Shown here: in pieces, positions 27,892 to 37,914 of the stretch
Layout of the letters: each line of letters starts with the position of its first letter
Numbering within the stretch: the stretch's first letter is position 1
Assembly: GCA_958296135.2 (NCBI GenBank)
Contig: CATQHZ020000001.1
Coordinates: 4,608,001 to 4,672,000, forward strand
Direction of reading: 5' to 3'
DNA from: an uncultured Poribacteria bacterium
GTDB taxonomy: Bacteria > Poribacteria > WGA-4E > WGA-3G
DNA: 64,000 nt
Program-made: the position numbers and the translations under genes
The notes under the pieces: model-generated
Told to the model about the DNA's origin: nothing
Databases searched by the model: none
Seen by the model: the letters and a program-made list of their open reading frames with translations, nothing else

Positions 27892-29571
27892 ATGAAGAAA
27901 AATCAACTTCTGGCACTACTTTGTCTACTCATCGCCTTCCCTATTCACGCGTTCGCAGCGGACATGAACGTTGTCTGGACGCGCACGGGTGCCGTGCTTG
28001 AAACGGAACAGCACGTTAAAGGCACGCTCAAAATCGAAGTGTTATCAGAAACGGAAACACTTCTTCCTGCCAAGGTCTCACGGCTAAACCCTCAACAGAT
28101 GCTGATGCGATGCGCGTGGGAACCGAACCAGAACTATCACGTGACGCTCACCTCTGATGCAGACGTGCTCGTTTCAGAATCCCGAACGCCGCTCAAACCA
28201 GTGCTGTATCCCATCCGGACGATTGCGTTGGATGGAGTGTTATCGCTCATGGAAAACCTGCGCCGCCCGGCAAAGCCGACAACGGTAGCGTTTTCAATGA
28301 ATGGAGAAAATGTCGCCATCGCAACGGATACAGGGCACCTCGCGATTGTTGAGACACTGACTGGCGAAACAGTCTGGAAAACCCGCATTTCAGAGGGATA
28401 TGTCAAACACGTCGCCTTCAGTCGCGACGGAAAGTACCTCTATATTAGTGAACAAGCAGCTGATGGATACATCTACAGTTATGACATCAGCGCGCTTGGA
28501 AAGCGTGCCGCCCGGCAGTTGTGGAAATATCGCACCGCTGACGACATTGAGTCTTCTACGCCGCAAGACCCGGGCAGTGTTTATGCGTGGGTGCAATATC
28601 CGGGCCCGTCTCGCATGCTGACGCTGCCAGATGGCGACGTGCTTGTCGCAAGCGTGCATTCGTGGACCAGGGACGATGCGCCGCATCAGAAATCCCAACT
28701 CTACCGATTTGATGAAGAGACAGGCACCGTCAAATGGAAATGGCCCACCGATGGCGCGCTATCGAAAGTTTTGCGATGGTTTGATGTCAGTGCCGATGGA
28801 AAAACGCTGGCACTTTTAACAGATAAAAGTGGGAAAGGAAACGGACAACTTGTCGTCATCAATGTGGAAACGGGCATGGAACGATGGCACGCCACCTTTG
28901 AACCGCTCAAACCCTACTTTGAGGGAGTCACCTTTTGGCGCGGTGTCAGCATCTCACCCAATGGCAAGTTTATTAATGTGACAACCGACGATGGGCGCGC
29001 CTTTATTTTTAAAAGCGCGACTACCGGAAAACAGCGAGAACAGGAACCACTCTGGCATCAAAATTTGACGACTCCCCTAGAAGTGAGCGGTGTCCCGATT
29101 ATCGCCACTTCCGGCACCATCGGCGCGACGAATGCTGCCGCGCTCTTTGTCACCGGCGATACTTATATCCCGTATCATCTCCAAAAAGGCGCGCAACGTC
29201 CGACTACAGCGCATCCAAACGGGATGACATTGTTTGCTTATTCATGGGACGGTGAAAAGGTATGGCAATGGCAATTGGAGAATATGCCGCAAGGCTTACG
29301 AATTGACACCCCCGGTCGCTATGCAGTCCTCGCCGTTTCCAAACGGAGTCAAAACCCGAATGAAAGCCTACACGGCGTTTCCCTCTTCGATCTGGAGGCC
29401 GAAGGAAGCGGTTTGGCGAAATACCTCTACACCTACCGCACGGAAGGGCAGCTGCCTTACGATACGCTTGCCATCAGCGCAGCTGGCACCTTCATCGCCG
29501 TGGTGGAAGTGCCGCTCGTGCTGCCAGATGAGACAGTGCGCGGCAAAAATCGGGTGCATATTCTGTATTAG
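27892..29571 (+). CDS. Secreted PQQ-like/WD40 beta-propeller protein
   Basis: Signal peptide; repeated AFSxDG, TGETVWK, TGTVKWKW and ISPNG motifs. Confidence 0.78.
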   Translation: MKKNQLLALLCLLIAFPIHAFAADMNVVWTRTGAVLETEQHVKGTLKIEVLSETETLLPAKVSRLNPQQMLMRCAWEPNQNYHVTLTSDADVLVSESRTPLKPVLYPIRTIALDGVLSLMENLRRPAKPTTVAFSMNGENVAIATDTGHLAIVETLTGETVWKTRISEGYVKHVAFSRDGKYLYISEQAADGYIYSYDISALGKRAARQLWKYRTADDIESSTPQDPGSVYAWVQYPGPSRMLTLPDGDVLVASVHSWTRDDAPHQKSQLYRFDEETGTVKWKWPTDGALSKVLRWFDVSADGKTLALLTDKSGKGNGQLVVINVETGMERWHATFEPLKPYFEGVTFWRGVSISPNGKFINVTTDDGRAFIFKSATTGKQREQEPLWHQNLTTPLEVSGVPIIATSGTIGATNAAALFVTGDTYIPYHLQKGAQRPTTAHPNGMTLFAYSWDGEKVWQWQLENMPQGLRIDTPGRYAVLAVSKRSQNPNESLHGVSLFDLEAEGSGLAKYLYTYRTEGQLPYDTLAISAAGTFIAVVEVPLVLPDETVRGKNRVHILY

Positions 29572-29581
29572 CAGAAATAAG

Positions 29582-29610
29582 TTGACATTTTTCCATAAAA
29601 ATGGTAAAAT
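29582..29610 (+). promoter_or_regulatory. sigma70 promoter
   Basis: TTGACA-N17-TAAAAT upstream of 29648. Confidence 0.75.
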
Positions 29611-29647
29611 ATGTCCATAATAAATTTATAGAAAGGATATTTACCTG

Positions 29648-30418
29648 ATGAAACAAACTTTTTGTGTCATGTTAACGTTGCTACTGGCCGTCGGCTGCGT
29701 CAATAGTGTTTTCGCACAAACGTTGATGAGCGACGAATTTGATGGCACCGGCCAGGCACTCAAATCCTTTTGGCAAGTCAAGGACGGAGAGAAGAGTCCT
29801 TGGGAGCTGAAAGATGGACTGCTCCTCGCGGAAGCGGGGTTTGACCAGAATCTGTGGGGCGATGATACCACCACGCGCTTCTATCAAATCACCGACCAGG
29901 ACGAGTTTGACATTGAAACGTCGATGGTTGTCGATTACGCAGATGCCTGCACCGTCGCCGGCATCGTCGTCTACTCCGCCGCAACGAAGGATACCCAAGA
30001 CCGCGATGGCGAATGGGTAACGCTGAAGTTGTGGGGACGCGGGGCAGCGCAGAACAACAACGCCGTGCTCCAGTATCAACGCCGTCAAAACGATGCCGCG
30101 CCTTATGTCGGAACGCAACCCGACTACAATCCAGAACAGGGCGTTATCCCCATCGAACTCCGCATCAAACGCGAAGGCGACGAATATGAATCCTGGTTCA
30201 AGCCAGATGCCCAAGGCGACTGGGTTTCTGTCAGCAAAGTTACCAACGAACTTCAAGAACCCCTTGAAGTCGGCATTTATGTCGGTATCTGCGAAGGCGA
30301 AGGCCCCGGCAACATGACAGTCACGTTTGACTATTTCCGTGAGGCTTCTAGCCCCGCGACACCCGTAGACCCGCGCGATAGACTTGCTATCACGTGGGGT
30401 GAACTGAAACGCCAGTAA
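29648..30418 (+). CDS. Secreted ConA-like/DUF1349-like protein with C-terminal WG.LK motif
   Basis: Signal peptide, paralog motifs, ends PVDPRDRLAITWGELKRQ. Confidence 0.8.
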   Translation: MKQTFCVMLTLLLAVGCVNSVFAQTLMSDEFDGTGQALKSFWQVKDGEKSPWELKDGLLLAEAGFDQNLWGDDTTTRFYQITDQDEFDIETSMVVDYADACTVAGIVVYSAATKDTQDRDGEWVTLKLWGRGAAQNNNAVLQYQRRQNDAAPYVGTQPDYNPEQGVIPIELRIKREGDEYESWFKPDAQGDWVSVSKVTNELQEPLEVGIYVGICEGEGPGNMTVTFDYFREASSPATPVDPRDRLAITWGELKRQ

Positions 30419-30555
30419 CCTGGCACCTCTCCCGGCTGGCGGCTCTCATGTCGCCAGCCATCTTTCTCATAGGCGCGCTTTCAAAGCACGCAACATAAAG
30501 CCGCAGCACGAGGGACAGGCCCTCGCCGTGCTGCGCTTACACAGGAGATAGACTT

Positions 30556-31350
30556 ATGAAACAGATAACTATTTTAGTGCTTATCGGCATCGCGATGATT
30601 TTCGGCACCTTCGCCGCCGAAGCCGCTGATTCCCTCGGTGACCCGTTTGATGGCAACGCTTTAAAAAACCCGAATTGGCAATGGAAAACCTCCAGAGAGG
30701 AAGGCGTTGAACCGAAAGAGTGGGACCTCGGCAAAACGAAAGCCGGCTGGCTGCACATCACCGGCGAACGCGACCGAAACCTCTGGCCCGATGATACGAC
30801 AAACCGGCTCTATCAGGAACACGAAGGCGATTTTGACATCGAAACGCACCTCTACATGGACTACGAAGAAGCCTGCGTCGTAGCGGGAGTCGTCGCTTTC
30901 TCGCCTACCACGAAGGACCATCAGGGACGAGAGGGCGAATGGGTGACGATAAAACTCTGGGGACGCGGACCGGCAAACGATAACAACGCTGTCATTCAAT
31001 ACCAAAAACGGCAGTTTGATGGCGGTGAAGGCCTCGTCGGCGTAGTCCCCGGCTTCCAAGACCCGGCCGGCGAAATGGAACTTTACATGCGCCTCCGCCG
31101 AGAAGGCGATAACTTCACAGCATGGTGGAAACGGAAAGCGAACGATAACTGGACCGACATTGGCGAAACCGAACAAGAATTCGATGAACCGATCGAAGTC
31201 GGCATTTATGTCGGTATCTGTGACAACAAAGGCACACAGATCGCCCAGTTCGAGTATTTTGAAGACCTGCTCGTCCCGTTTGATGTCTCGCCGCGTGCAA
31301 AACTGCCGGTTGCTTGGGGAGACCTCAAACGTCGGCACAGCGCACCCTGA
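30556..31350 (+). CDS. Secreted ConA-like/DUF1349-like protein with C-terminal WG.LK motif
   Basis: Tandem paralog of the previous gene; ends DVSPRAKLPVAWGDLKRRHSAP. Confidence 0.8.
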   Translation: MKQITILVLIGIAMIFGTFAAEAADSLGDPFDGNALKNPNWQWKTSREEGVEPKEWDLGKTKAGWLHITGERDRNLWPDDTTNRLYQEHEGDFDIETHLYMDYEEACVVAGVVAFSPTTKDHQGREGEWVTIKLWGRGPANDNNAVIQYQKRQFDGGEGLVGVVPGFQDPAGEMELYMRLRREGDNFTAWWKRKANDNWTDIGETEQEFDEPIEVGIYVGICDNKGTQIAQFEYFEDLLVPFDVSPRAKLPVAWGDLKRRHSAP

Positions 31351-31438
31351 ACCCATATTTACTGTAGGGCGAGGGCCCGGCAATCGCTAATCGCCGGGGG
31401 TTCCCCCTCGCCGTGCCACGGAAGAATAAAAACCCGCT

Positions 31439-32320
31439 ATGCAGCAACCAAGCTGGCCATCTACACCACAGATTATACACGGCGACTGCTTAAACAAGTT
31501 GCCAGAACTTGAAGAGGCATCCATCCATCTTGTCGTGACAGACCCGCCCTATTTTCTCGATGGCCTCGATGCCGACTGGAAGAAAGGACAAAAGGGTGCG
31601 AAACGCGCCACAGGCGTTATCGGTGGGTTGCCAGTCGGAATGAAATTCGATCCGAAGCAGGGGATTGCCTTACAGGCCTTTATGACAGAAGTGAGCCGCT
31701 TGATGCTCCGGGTGCTGAAGCCGGGCGCGTTCGCAGTCGTGTTTAGCCAGCCGAGGCTGGCTCATCGGATGGCGATAGGACTTGAGGACGCGGGGTTTGA
31801 AATTCGCGATCTTTACGCATGGCACTTCACTCGTCTCGCACAATTCAAGGCGTTCTCTATGGATCATTTCGTCAATCGGATGGACAAAACGGATACGGAA
31901 AAGGAGGCTTTGAAGGCACAACTGCAAGGACGAAAAACGCCGCAGCTGCGCCCGCAATTCGAGGCGATGATCCTCGCACAGAAACCCCGAATCGGAACGT
32001 TTGTTGAGAATTGGCGAATCCATGAAACGAGTCTAATTGACGCGGGTGCCACCCTAGACGGTTCTGCGCCAAGCACCGTGATGACGGTAGAAAAGCCGCG
32101 ACGCAGCCATTTCAATGGGCACCTGACGGTGAAACCCGTTGTGCTCGTTGAACACCTCATCCGTCTTTTTTCTGTTCCTGGCCAGATTGTGCTTGACCCC
32201 TTCCTCGGAAGCGGGACAACGGCGGTGGCCGCAATGCGATTGGGTAGAGCCTGCATCGGGATTGAAATAAACAGTGAGTCTATTAGCATCGCAAATCGGC
32301 GCGTCGCAGCTGATGAATAA
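31439..32320 (+). CDS. Beta-class N4/N6 site-specific DNA methyltransferase
   Basis: TDPPY comes before HLTVKP and VLDPFLGSGTT. Confidence 0.92.
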   Translation: MQQPSWPSTPQIIHGDCLNKLPELEEASIHLVVTDPPYFLDGLDADWKKGQKGAKRATGVIGGLPVGMKFDPKQGIALQAFMTEVSRLMLRVLKPGAFAVVFSQPRLAHRMAIGLEDAGFEIRDLYAWHFTRLAQFKAFSMDHFVNRMDKTDTEKEALKAQLQGRKTPQLRPQFEAMILAQKPRIGTFVENWRIHETSLIDAGATLDGSAPSTVMTVEKPRRSHFNGHLTVKPVVLVEHLIRLFSVPGQIVLDPFLGSGTTAVAAMRLGRACIGIEINSESISIANRRVAADE

Positions 32321-32576
32321 CGCTACGTTTTTTCTCAGGAGGTTTATGCCCACATATTACACCTGATATACAAGAATTTCAAGTAGGGCTATACCCTCAA
32401 CCACCGGGGCCGGGGAAACCTTGCGACGCGCATCTCACGCCACAGTTACAGGCACTCGTGAACGCGATACGGGATGCAGAAATTCTTGCCTGCAGGCACA
32501 TCCCTCCTGGTTGTGTCAAGCGTCGTTTTGAGGTATTCCGTGAATCAGATTTGTCTCACTCAGAGAAGGAAAAACA

Positions 32577-33309
32577 ATGAGCAGGTTTGAGATGCAAATC
32601 GTTGACCTGAAAGGAGTGAAAGAAAGGAATGCAATTCAGGTCCTTCGGCTGGAAAAACTTTATATGCGGGAGTACGGCCCCACTTTCTTTGCTACGGTTC
32701 GATACGCCCGCGAGGGAGTCGAACAACGAAAGCGGCTCGGAACCGCCAAATTTTTTAAGATGCCGGGTGCATGCGCCGCAATTCCCACAGGATGCTCAAC
32801 TTTTCTTCCAGATATCTCGCCGGTTCAGCACCCTGACACAGGAACCCTATCGCGTGGCATCCTGCGGTGCAACCTACCCAAACGGGGATAATTCTGATGA
32901 GGTCTGGCGCGAATTCTCTTTACGGCACTGCAACGGGACACTTGATGACGCGGATACCACAGAACTGCCGCCAAAATTGCTGGCAGAAGCCTCCCAAAAA
33001 GCCGTGGCAACCCTCATCCGCAGACGCAAGGAAACGCCGCAACTGCTTCAAACGATTTTGGCGGACTCCGGAAACCATCTCGCGTATGACGCACGCAAAT
33101 CGCATCCACCTAACTTTCTCAAGTGTCGCGTCACTGAGCCGGAACGCCCGCGGCACGAACGCGAGATGTTTGAGATAGCGCGGAAATTAAGCGCGGCGAC
33201 CGGCAAAGACTACAGCATCGCGGCATACGGCGGCTCCTATCACGGCGACAAAGGATTTGATGAGGTGTGGACACACTTCTCCCTCAGAATCTTCAACTTT
33301 GACAAATGA
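32577..33309 (+). CDS. Hypothetical protein with an internally duplicated domain, probably frameshifted near 32740
   Basis: Good RBS at 32577. PPNFL(R/K)CRV...DEVW..FSLR occurs twice in the 32629 frame. Removing one G near 32740 joins the two frames. Confidence 0.55.
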
Positions 33310-34187
33310 AAACCTTCTATTTTGCCTGCTTCATTTTCAGCGTGTGGAGTCACACTGTTGTCGCAGCACTCACTGAAACTGCGCAACAAGTCCTCGCTAC
33401 TATAGAATGGGTGGATATCCCGGAAGGCACATTCCTCATGGGCTCAACGCGCGAAGAGGCAGAAGCCGCTTACGAAGACGCAAGACTGCGGAGCTCCCTG
33501 CTGGAACAACACACCTTTGACGCGGAGGTACCGCAACATCGCGTCTACCTCGCCGCCTATCAGATGTCACGGTATGAAATCACGAACGCGCAATACCGAG
33601 CCTTCGTTGAGGCAACCAGCCGCCCTACGCCGCGCGGACATAACGGCGAAGACACCTGGGCAGACGAGACGCTCAACGCCGATGAACAACCCATCGTTGG
33701 CGTGACATGGTTTGACGCGCAGGCGTTCGCAGAATGGCTCGGCGGCAGTCTCCCTACCGAAGCGCAGTGGGAACGCGCCGCACGCGGCACAGAAGCACAA
33801 ATGTACCCCTGGGGAAACGAACCGCCAAAGGCACGCCACCACGCCAACTTCGCCCGCCGATACAATCGGCCAATGCCGGTGGGGACGTTTCCCAAAGGCG
33901 CATCACCAGACAGCATCGCAGACCTGGCGGGAAACGTTTGGGAGTGGTGCCTCGATGAATACAGTCCAACGTTTTATCAAAACGGACACCAGACGAAAAA
34001 TCCGATTAACCTGCGCTACCGCGATGTGTTGCGCGCCCGCGTCATCCGAGGCGGCGCATGGGACGTCGGCAGCGCGTTCCTCCGCTCCGCCTTGCGGTTC
34101 AAATTCTACCCGTTGGATGCAACGCATACGATCGGATTCCGGGTCATCCGTCCACACCCGCAAGTCCAAACAGGATTAAAGGATTAG
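33306..34187 (+). CDS. FGE-sulfatase (SUMF1-like) domain protein, lacking the catalytic Cys pair
   Basis: IPEGTFLMG, LPTEAQWERAARG, DLAGNVWEW, RGGAW, IGFR. Confidence 0.88.
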   Translation: MKTFYFACFIFSVWSHTVVAALTETAQQVLATIEWVDIPEGTFLMGSTREEAEAAYEDARLRSSLLEQHTFDAEVPQHRVYLAAYQMSRYEITNAQYRAFVEATSRPTPRGHNGEDTWADETLNADEQPIVGVTWFDAQAFAEWLGGSLPTEAQWERAARGTEAQMYPWGNEPPKARHHANFARRYNRPMPVGTFPKGASPDSIADLAGNVWEWCLDEYSPTFYQNGHQTKNPINLRYRDVLRARVIRGGAWDVGSAFLRSALRFKFYPLDATHTIGFRVIRPHPQVQTGLKD

Positions 34188-34225
34188 GAGGATTCACAGG
34201 ACCGCGTAGCGGCCCCCGCCAACGA

Positions 34226-35884
34226 ATGATGGAACGTTATCTGCTCATCCTTCTCATCCTCATTTGCCCACGCTTCGGCATCGCCGAACCCTATTTTCGG
34301 GACATCACCGAAGAGATGGGACTTGATTTCCGGCACGTCAACGGATTTTCTGCCGAACGCCGCCTCGTCGAAACAATGGGCAGCGGCGGTGCACTCTTTG
34401 ATTACGATAACGACGGTGACTTGGATCTCTATCTGGTTCAAGGCAAGGCCCTTGAGAATGTAAGCGCGGATTCCCATGGGCTCCGCCCATCATCTGGCGC
34501 AACGGAACCCCTTCCCCAAAATCGCCTCTATCGCAACGACAGCGGCATCTTCATCGATGTGACAGAAACTGCCAACGTCGGCGATACAGGATATGGCCTC
34601 GGTGCCATCGCCGCAGATTACGATGGCGATGGCCATCGCGACCTTTACGTGACGAACTTAGGCACAAACGTGCTTTATCGCAATAACGGCGACGGAACGT
34701 TCACCGATGTGACAGCACCGGCAAACGTCGGTTGTCCACTGTTAAGCGCGAGTGCCGCCTTCGCCGACATTGACAGAGACGGTGACTTAGATCTTTACGT
34801 TTGTAACTACGTTGAATACGCACTTGAAACCGACATCCCGTGCTATTACCAAAAAACACTCCGTATCTACTGCGGCCCAAACGAATATCACGGCATCGCC
34901 GATGTGCTGTATCGCAACAATGGCGATGGAACGTTCACGGACATTACCGGAGCCGCGGGTGTCTATGAACCTACCACGCGTGGGCTCGGAGTCGTCTTTA
35001 CCGATGTCAACAGCGACGGATGGATGGACATTTACGTTGCAAACGACATGAGCCCGAATACCCTCTTTATGAATCAGGGAGATGGCACGTTCCGGGAGGA
35101 AGGCGTGCTGCGCGGTGTCGCCTATAACGGCGATGGACTCGCAAACGGCTCCATGGGCATTGACGCTGGCGATTACGATAACGATGGCGACATCGACTTG
35201 TGGGTGACGAACTTCTCGTTGGAGGCGAACTGCCTCATGCAAAACGATGGCAACGGCTATTTTGACGACGTGACGTTTGACACCCGTCTCGCCGATGCTT
35301 CTTTTTATGCCCTCGGCTTCGGCACCCGGTTTAACGATTTTAATAACGACGGATGGCTCGATCTGCTCGTCGGAAACGGCCATATTTGGGACAACGTCAA
35401 GCAGATTGACGCAAAAATGAGTTATGCACAACCGGTGCAGCTGTTCCGCAATCAGCAAGGAAACTTCACCGAAATTACCACAGAAGCAGGGTTAAATGAG
35501 ACTCACTACGTCGTGCGTGGAATGCTCTTCGGCGATATAGATAACGATGGCGATACGGACGTTGTCCTCTGCCAATCCAACCGTCCAGCGGTTATCCTCC
35601 GCAACGAAGTGGGCAATAAAAACGCGTGGCTGACGGTGAAGTTGGTAGGCCCTGCTGGCAACATGGATGCTATCGGTGCACAAGTGAAATTGGAAGCAAA
35701 CGGATTGACGCTACGCCGCGAGGTTATCTGTGGTGCCAGTTATCTGTCCAGCAACGACACGCGCCTTTTCTTCGGATTAGGGGATGCTTCGCTCGTGAAG
35801 AAACTTCAAATCCGCTGGCCTGATGGAACCGTCCAAGAATTCAGTGACATGCCGGTTCGGCAAGCCATCACGCTGACGCAGTGA
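34226..35884 (+). CDS. CRTAC1-family FG-GAP repeat / ASPIC-UnbV protein
   Basis: Repeated DYDNDGDLDLY and LYRNNGDGTFTD; C-terminal DAIGA..GASYLS..FGLG..IRWPDG. Confidence 0.9.
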   Translation: MMERYLLILLILICPRFGIAEPYFRDITEEMGLDFRHVNGFSAERRLVETMGSGGALFDYDNDGDLDLYLVQGKALENVSADSHGLRPSSGATEPLPQNRLYRNDSGIFIDVTETANVGDTGYGLGAIAADYDGDGHRDLYVTNLGTNVLYRNNGDGTFTDVTAPANVGCPLLSASAAFADIDRDGDLDLYVCNYVEYALETDIPCYYQKTLRIYCGPNEYHGIADVLYRNNGDGTFTDITGAAGVYEPTTRGLGVVFTDVNSDGWMDIYVANDMSPNTLFMNQGDGTFREEGVLRGVAYNGDGLANGSMGIDAGDYDNDGDIDLWVTNFSLEANCLMQNDGNGYFDDVTFDTRLADASFYALGFGTRFNDFNNDGWLDLLVGNGHIWDNVKQIDAKMSYAQPVQLFRNQQGNFTEITTEAGLNETHYVVRGMLFGDIDNDGDTDVVLCQSNRPAVILRNEVGNKNAWLTVKLVGPAGNMDAIGAQVKLEANGLTLRREVICGASYLSSNDTRLFFGLGDASLVKKLQIRWPDGTVQEFSDMPVRQAITLTQ

Positions 35885-35992
35885 CGACCGGCAGGCAGGA
35901 TTTCTATCTCCTCCCTGACAACCTGGGAATAGAAAATTAAAAACCGAATAGAATTGTTGCCCTCATTTATTGTTCGTGCTATACTACAAACT

Positions 35993-36337
35993 ATGAAAAT
36001 CGTTGAAGAGAGAGAAACATGGCTCTACACGCACTTTATTGTGGATAGTTTTTACATCACGGAACCGGAACGCAGGCAGATTTCTACCCGCGTTGAACCG
36101 GCGTTAATGCAATTGGGCATCCAATATGGCATGACGTACGTCATCGCGCCATCTAAACACCGCGCCATCATCGTCTTGGAGTGCATTCCGTTCGATTCGG
36201 TGAAAGTCGTCGTGAAGCAGCTAATTAACGATGTCATCGCGGATTTTCCGGTTCGGCATCCGGAACAGCGAAACGTTGTCACCAACATCACCGTCGCCGC
36301 GCCAGAACCTGTCAATGCCCAAGCCCGGGGGCAGTAA
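35993..36337 (+). CDS. Small hypothetical protein, probably on a leaderless mRNA
   Basis: TTGCCC-N17-TATACT ends at 35985, ATG follows 7 nt later, no SD sequence. Confidence 0.6.
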   Translation: MKIVEERETWLYTHFIVDSFYITEPERRQISTRVEPALMQLGIQYGMTYVIAPSKHRAIIVLECIPFDSVKVVVKQLINDVIADFPVRHPEQRNVVTNITVAAPEPVNAQARGQ

Positions 36338-37664
36338 GCACGTGCGTGCCGACGGTGCCATCGGTAATGTTGAAAATCGAGGGGAATCTGTCGCGCCAGC
36401 CATCGTTTGCACTTGGGCAGAATTGACGAGCGTTGCCTTCAATCGCGGTGACACCGGGGATGCGAGCAGCCAGTCCAGCGGAGTGTAAGAATGACGCGCC
36501 AGGGCACGTCAAATCCTGAACGGCGAGGAACATGCCGTACTCCGCCGCCGCTGCACCCATTAGCAACGCTTGGGATTGCCCCTTACACGCCTTAAGTGCA
36601 ACGCCTGAATAGCCCTGCTCGCGTGCCAAGAGAAATGTCTCAAAATCGGTGAGCGATTCGTCAATCACAACCGGTTTTAACTCGGCGGCTTTATGCATCC
36701 GATTTTCAGGGTGTGCTTTCAAATCCCTGTCGGTGGGTTGTTCAATGTAGGCAAGGCGGTGGAAGGCTTGCTCTTCCGTCTCCCGGATGCGGTTGAGAAA
36801 CTCAAGGAGGTATGCGACATCTTTGCACGTTTCATTGAAATCAGCGGAGTAGTGCCACGTGTGAACGCCGCGTTTCGCCTGTGTCTCCGCGACGATTTTG
36901 TCAATCGCCAAGACACGCGCTACGTCCCATCCCAGGTCATCGCCGTTCAATTTAATCTTGAGATGCGTTAGGCCATCTGCTATAATCCATTCAGGGAGTG
37001 TTTCCGGTAATCTGTCGTTGAGCCGGTCTGGAATATCGGCATCGGTTAACGCATCCAGCGCACCAACGAGATGGTAGAGCGGCATGGTGGGCTTCGGCAC
37101 ACGCGACGTATACCGGTCTAGATATTTGCCGGTGAACCTGTCGTTCAAGAAATGTGACAAATCTGCGCTGACGAACGCCTCGCTCAGCCCATTGTAACTG
37201 TTGATACCGTTCGCCTTTCCGAAGGCATCGTGAATCGCGGCATCAATAGGGCTCGTGGTGACAACGGTGCAGAGTTTCGGCATCGGCGAATCCAATTGCA
37301 TGTCGCGGGAGAGTTCATCGGCGATGCGCAGAAATTCCGGTTCAAGCACCTCGGAGAATTCAAGCGGATGCGCGCAGAGCGTGCAGCCTCGCGTCGCGGA
37401 CACCGCCAAGTCAGAGAGGCGTTTCATCGCCGCGAGACTCTGTTCAAACGGCGCGTAGCGCGGCGGAAATGCCCAAACATTGCCGAGCGGCATAGAGCCG
37501 GTGCCTTCAGCCACTTTCCCATCGCGCGTCTGCACTCGCAGTCGGACGTTAAAAAGGATACAGTGGTCTGTCGGTACACCACCAAATTTCAGGGGCGTGC
37601 GGTAGTGGTGCACTTCAAAGTCGTAGTCGGCATCAAGGATGCGGATATCAGTAGATTTTGACAT
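36312..37664 (-). CDS. Mandelate racemase/muconate lactonizing (enolase superfamily) protein
   Basis: HLKIKL, DFNE, YIEQP, VIDES, ALKACKG, VQDLT. Confidence 0.85.
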   Translation of the reverse strand: MSKSTDIRILDADYDFEVHHYRTPLKFGGVPTDHCILFNVRLRVQTRDGKVAEGTGSMPLGNVWAFPPRYAPFEQSLAAMKRLSDLAVSATRGCTLCAHPLEFSEVLEPEFLRIADELSRDMQLDSPMPKLCTVVTTSPIDAAIHDAFGKANGINSYNGLSEAFVSADLSHFLNDRFTGKYLDRYTSRVPKPTMPLYHLVGALDALTDADIPDRLNDRLPETLPEWIIADGLTHLKIKLNGDDLGWDVARVLAIDKIVAETQAKRGVHTWHYSADFNETCKDVAYLLEFLNRIRETEEQAFHRLAYIEQPTDRDLKAHPENRMHKAAELKPVVIDESLTDFETFLLAREQGYSGVALKACKGQSQALLMGAAAAEYGMFLAVQDLTCPGASFLHSAGLAARIPGVTAIEGNARQFCPSANDGWRDRFPSIFNITDGTVGTHVLTAPGLGH

Positions 37665-37861
37665 ATTTTCCTCGTTCGCAAGGCGTTCGGATGTGCCGAT
37701 TGGGGCAATTCCCTCTTCCTGCGTATCGCCGCCATCGACGTTGTCGATGACTACGTTCTTGGTGCTAATTGGGTGGAGGTTAGCTCAGATGTGACAGGTT
37801 TTTCGTCACGTTGCCTTTCCTTTAACAGTGCGGTTAAGCACGGCCTGTTTATAGGAATTGT

Positions 37862-37890
37862 ATCATACATGAATTTCTTTGAAATGTCAA
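37862..37890 (-). promoter_or_regulatory. sigma70 promoter for the enolase-family gene
   Basis: TTGACA-N17-TATGAT on the minus strand. Confidence 0.7.
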
Positions 37891-37914
37891 GTCGGCGAGG
37901 AGACAAAATTGGCT

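Noticed and set aside
14348-34187. FGE-domain genes as sulfatase-activating enzymes or DGR targets
   Set aside because: Both lack the catalytic Cys pair after RGG, and no reverse transcriptase or template repeat is visible in the window.
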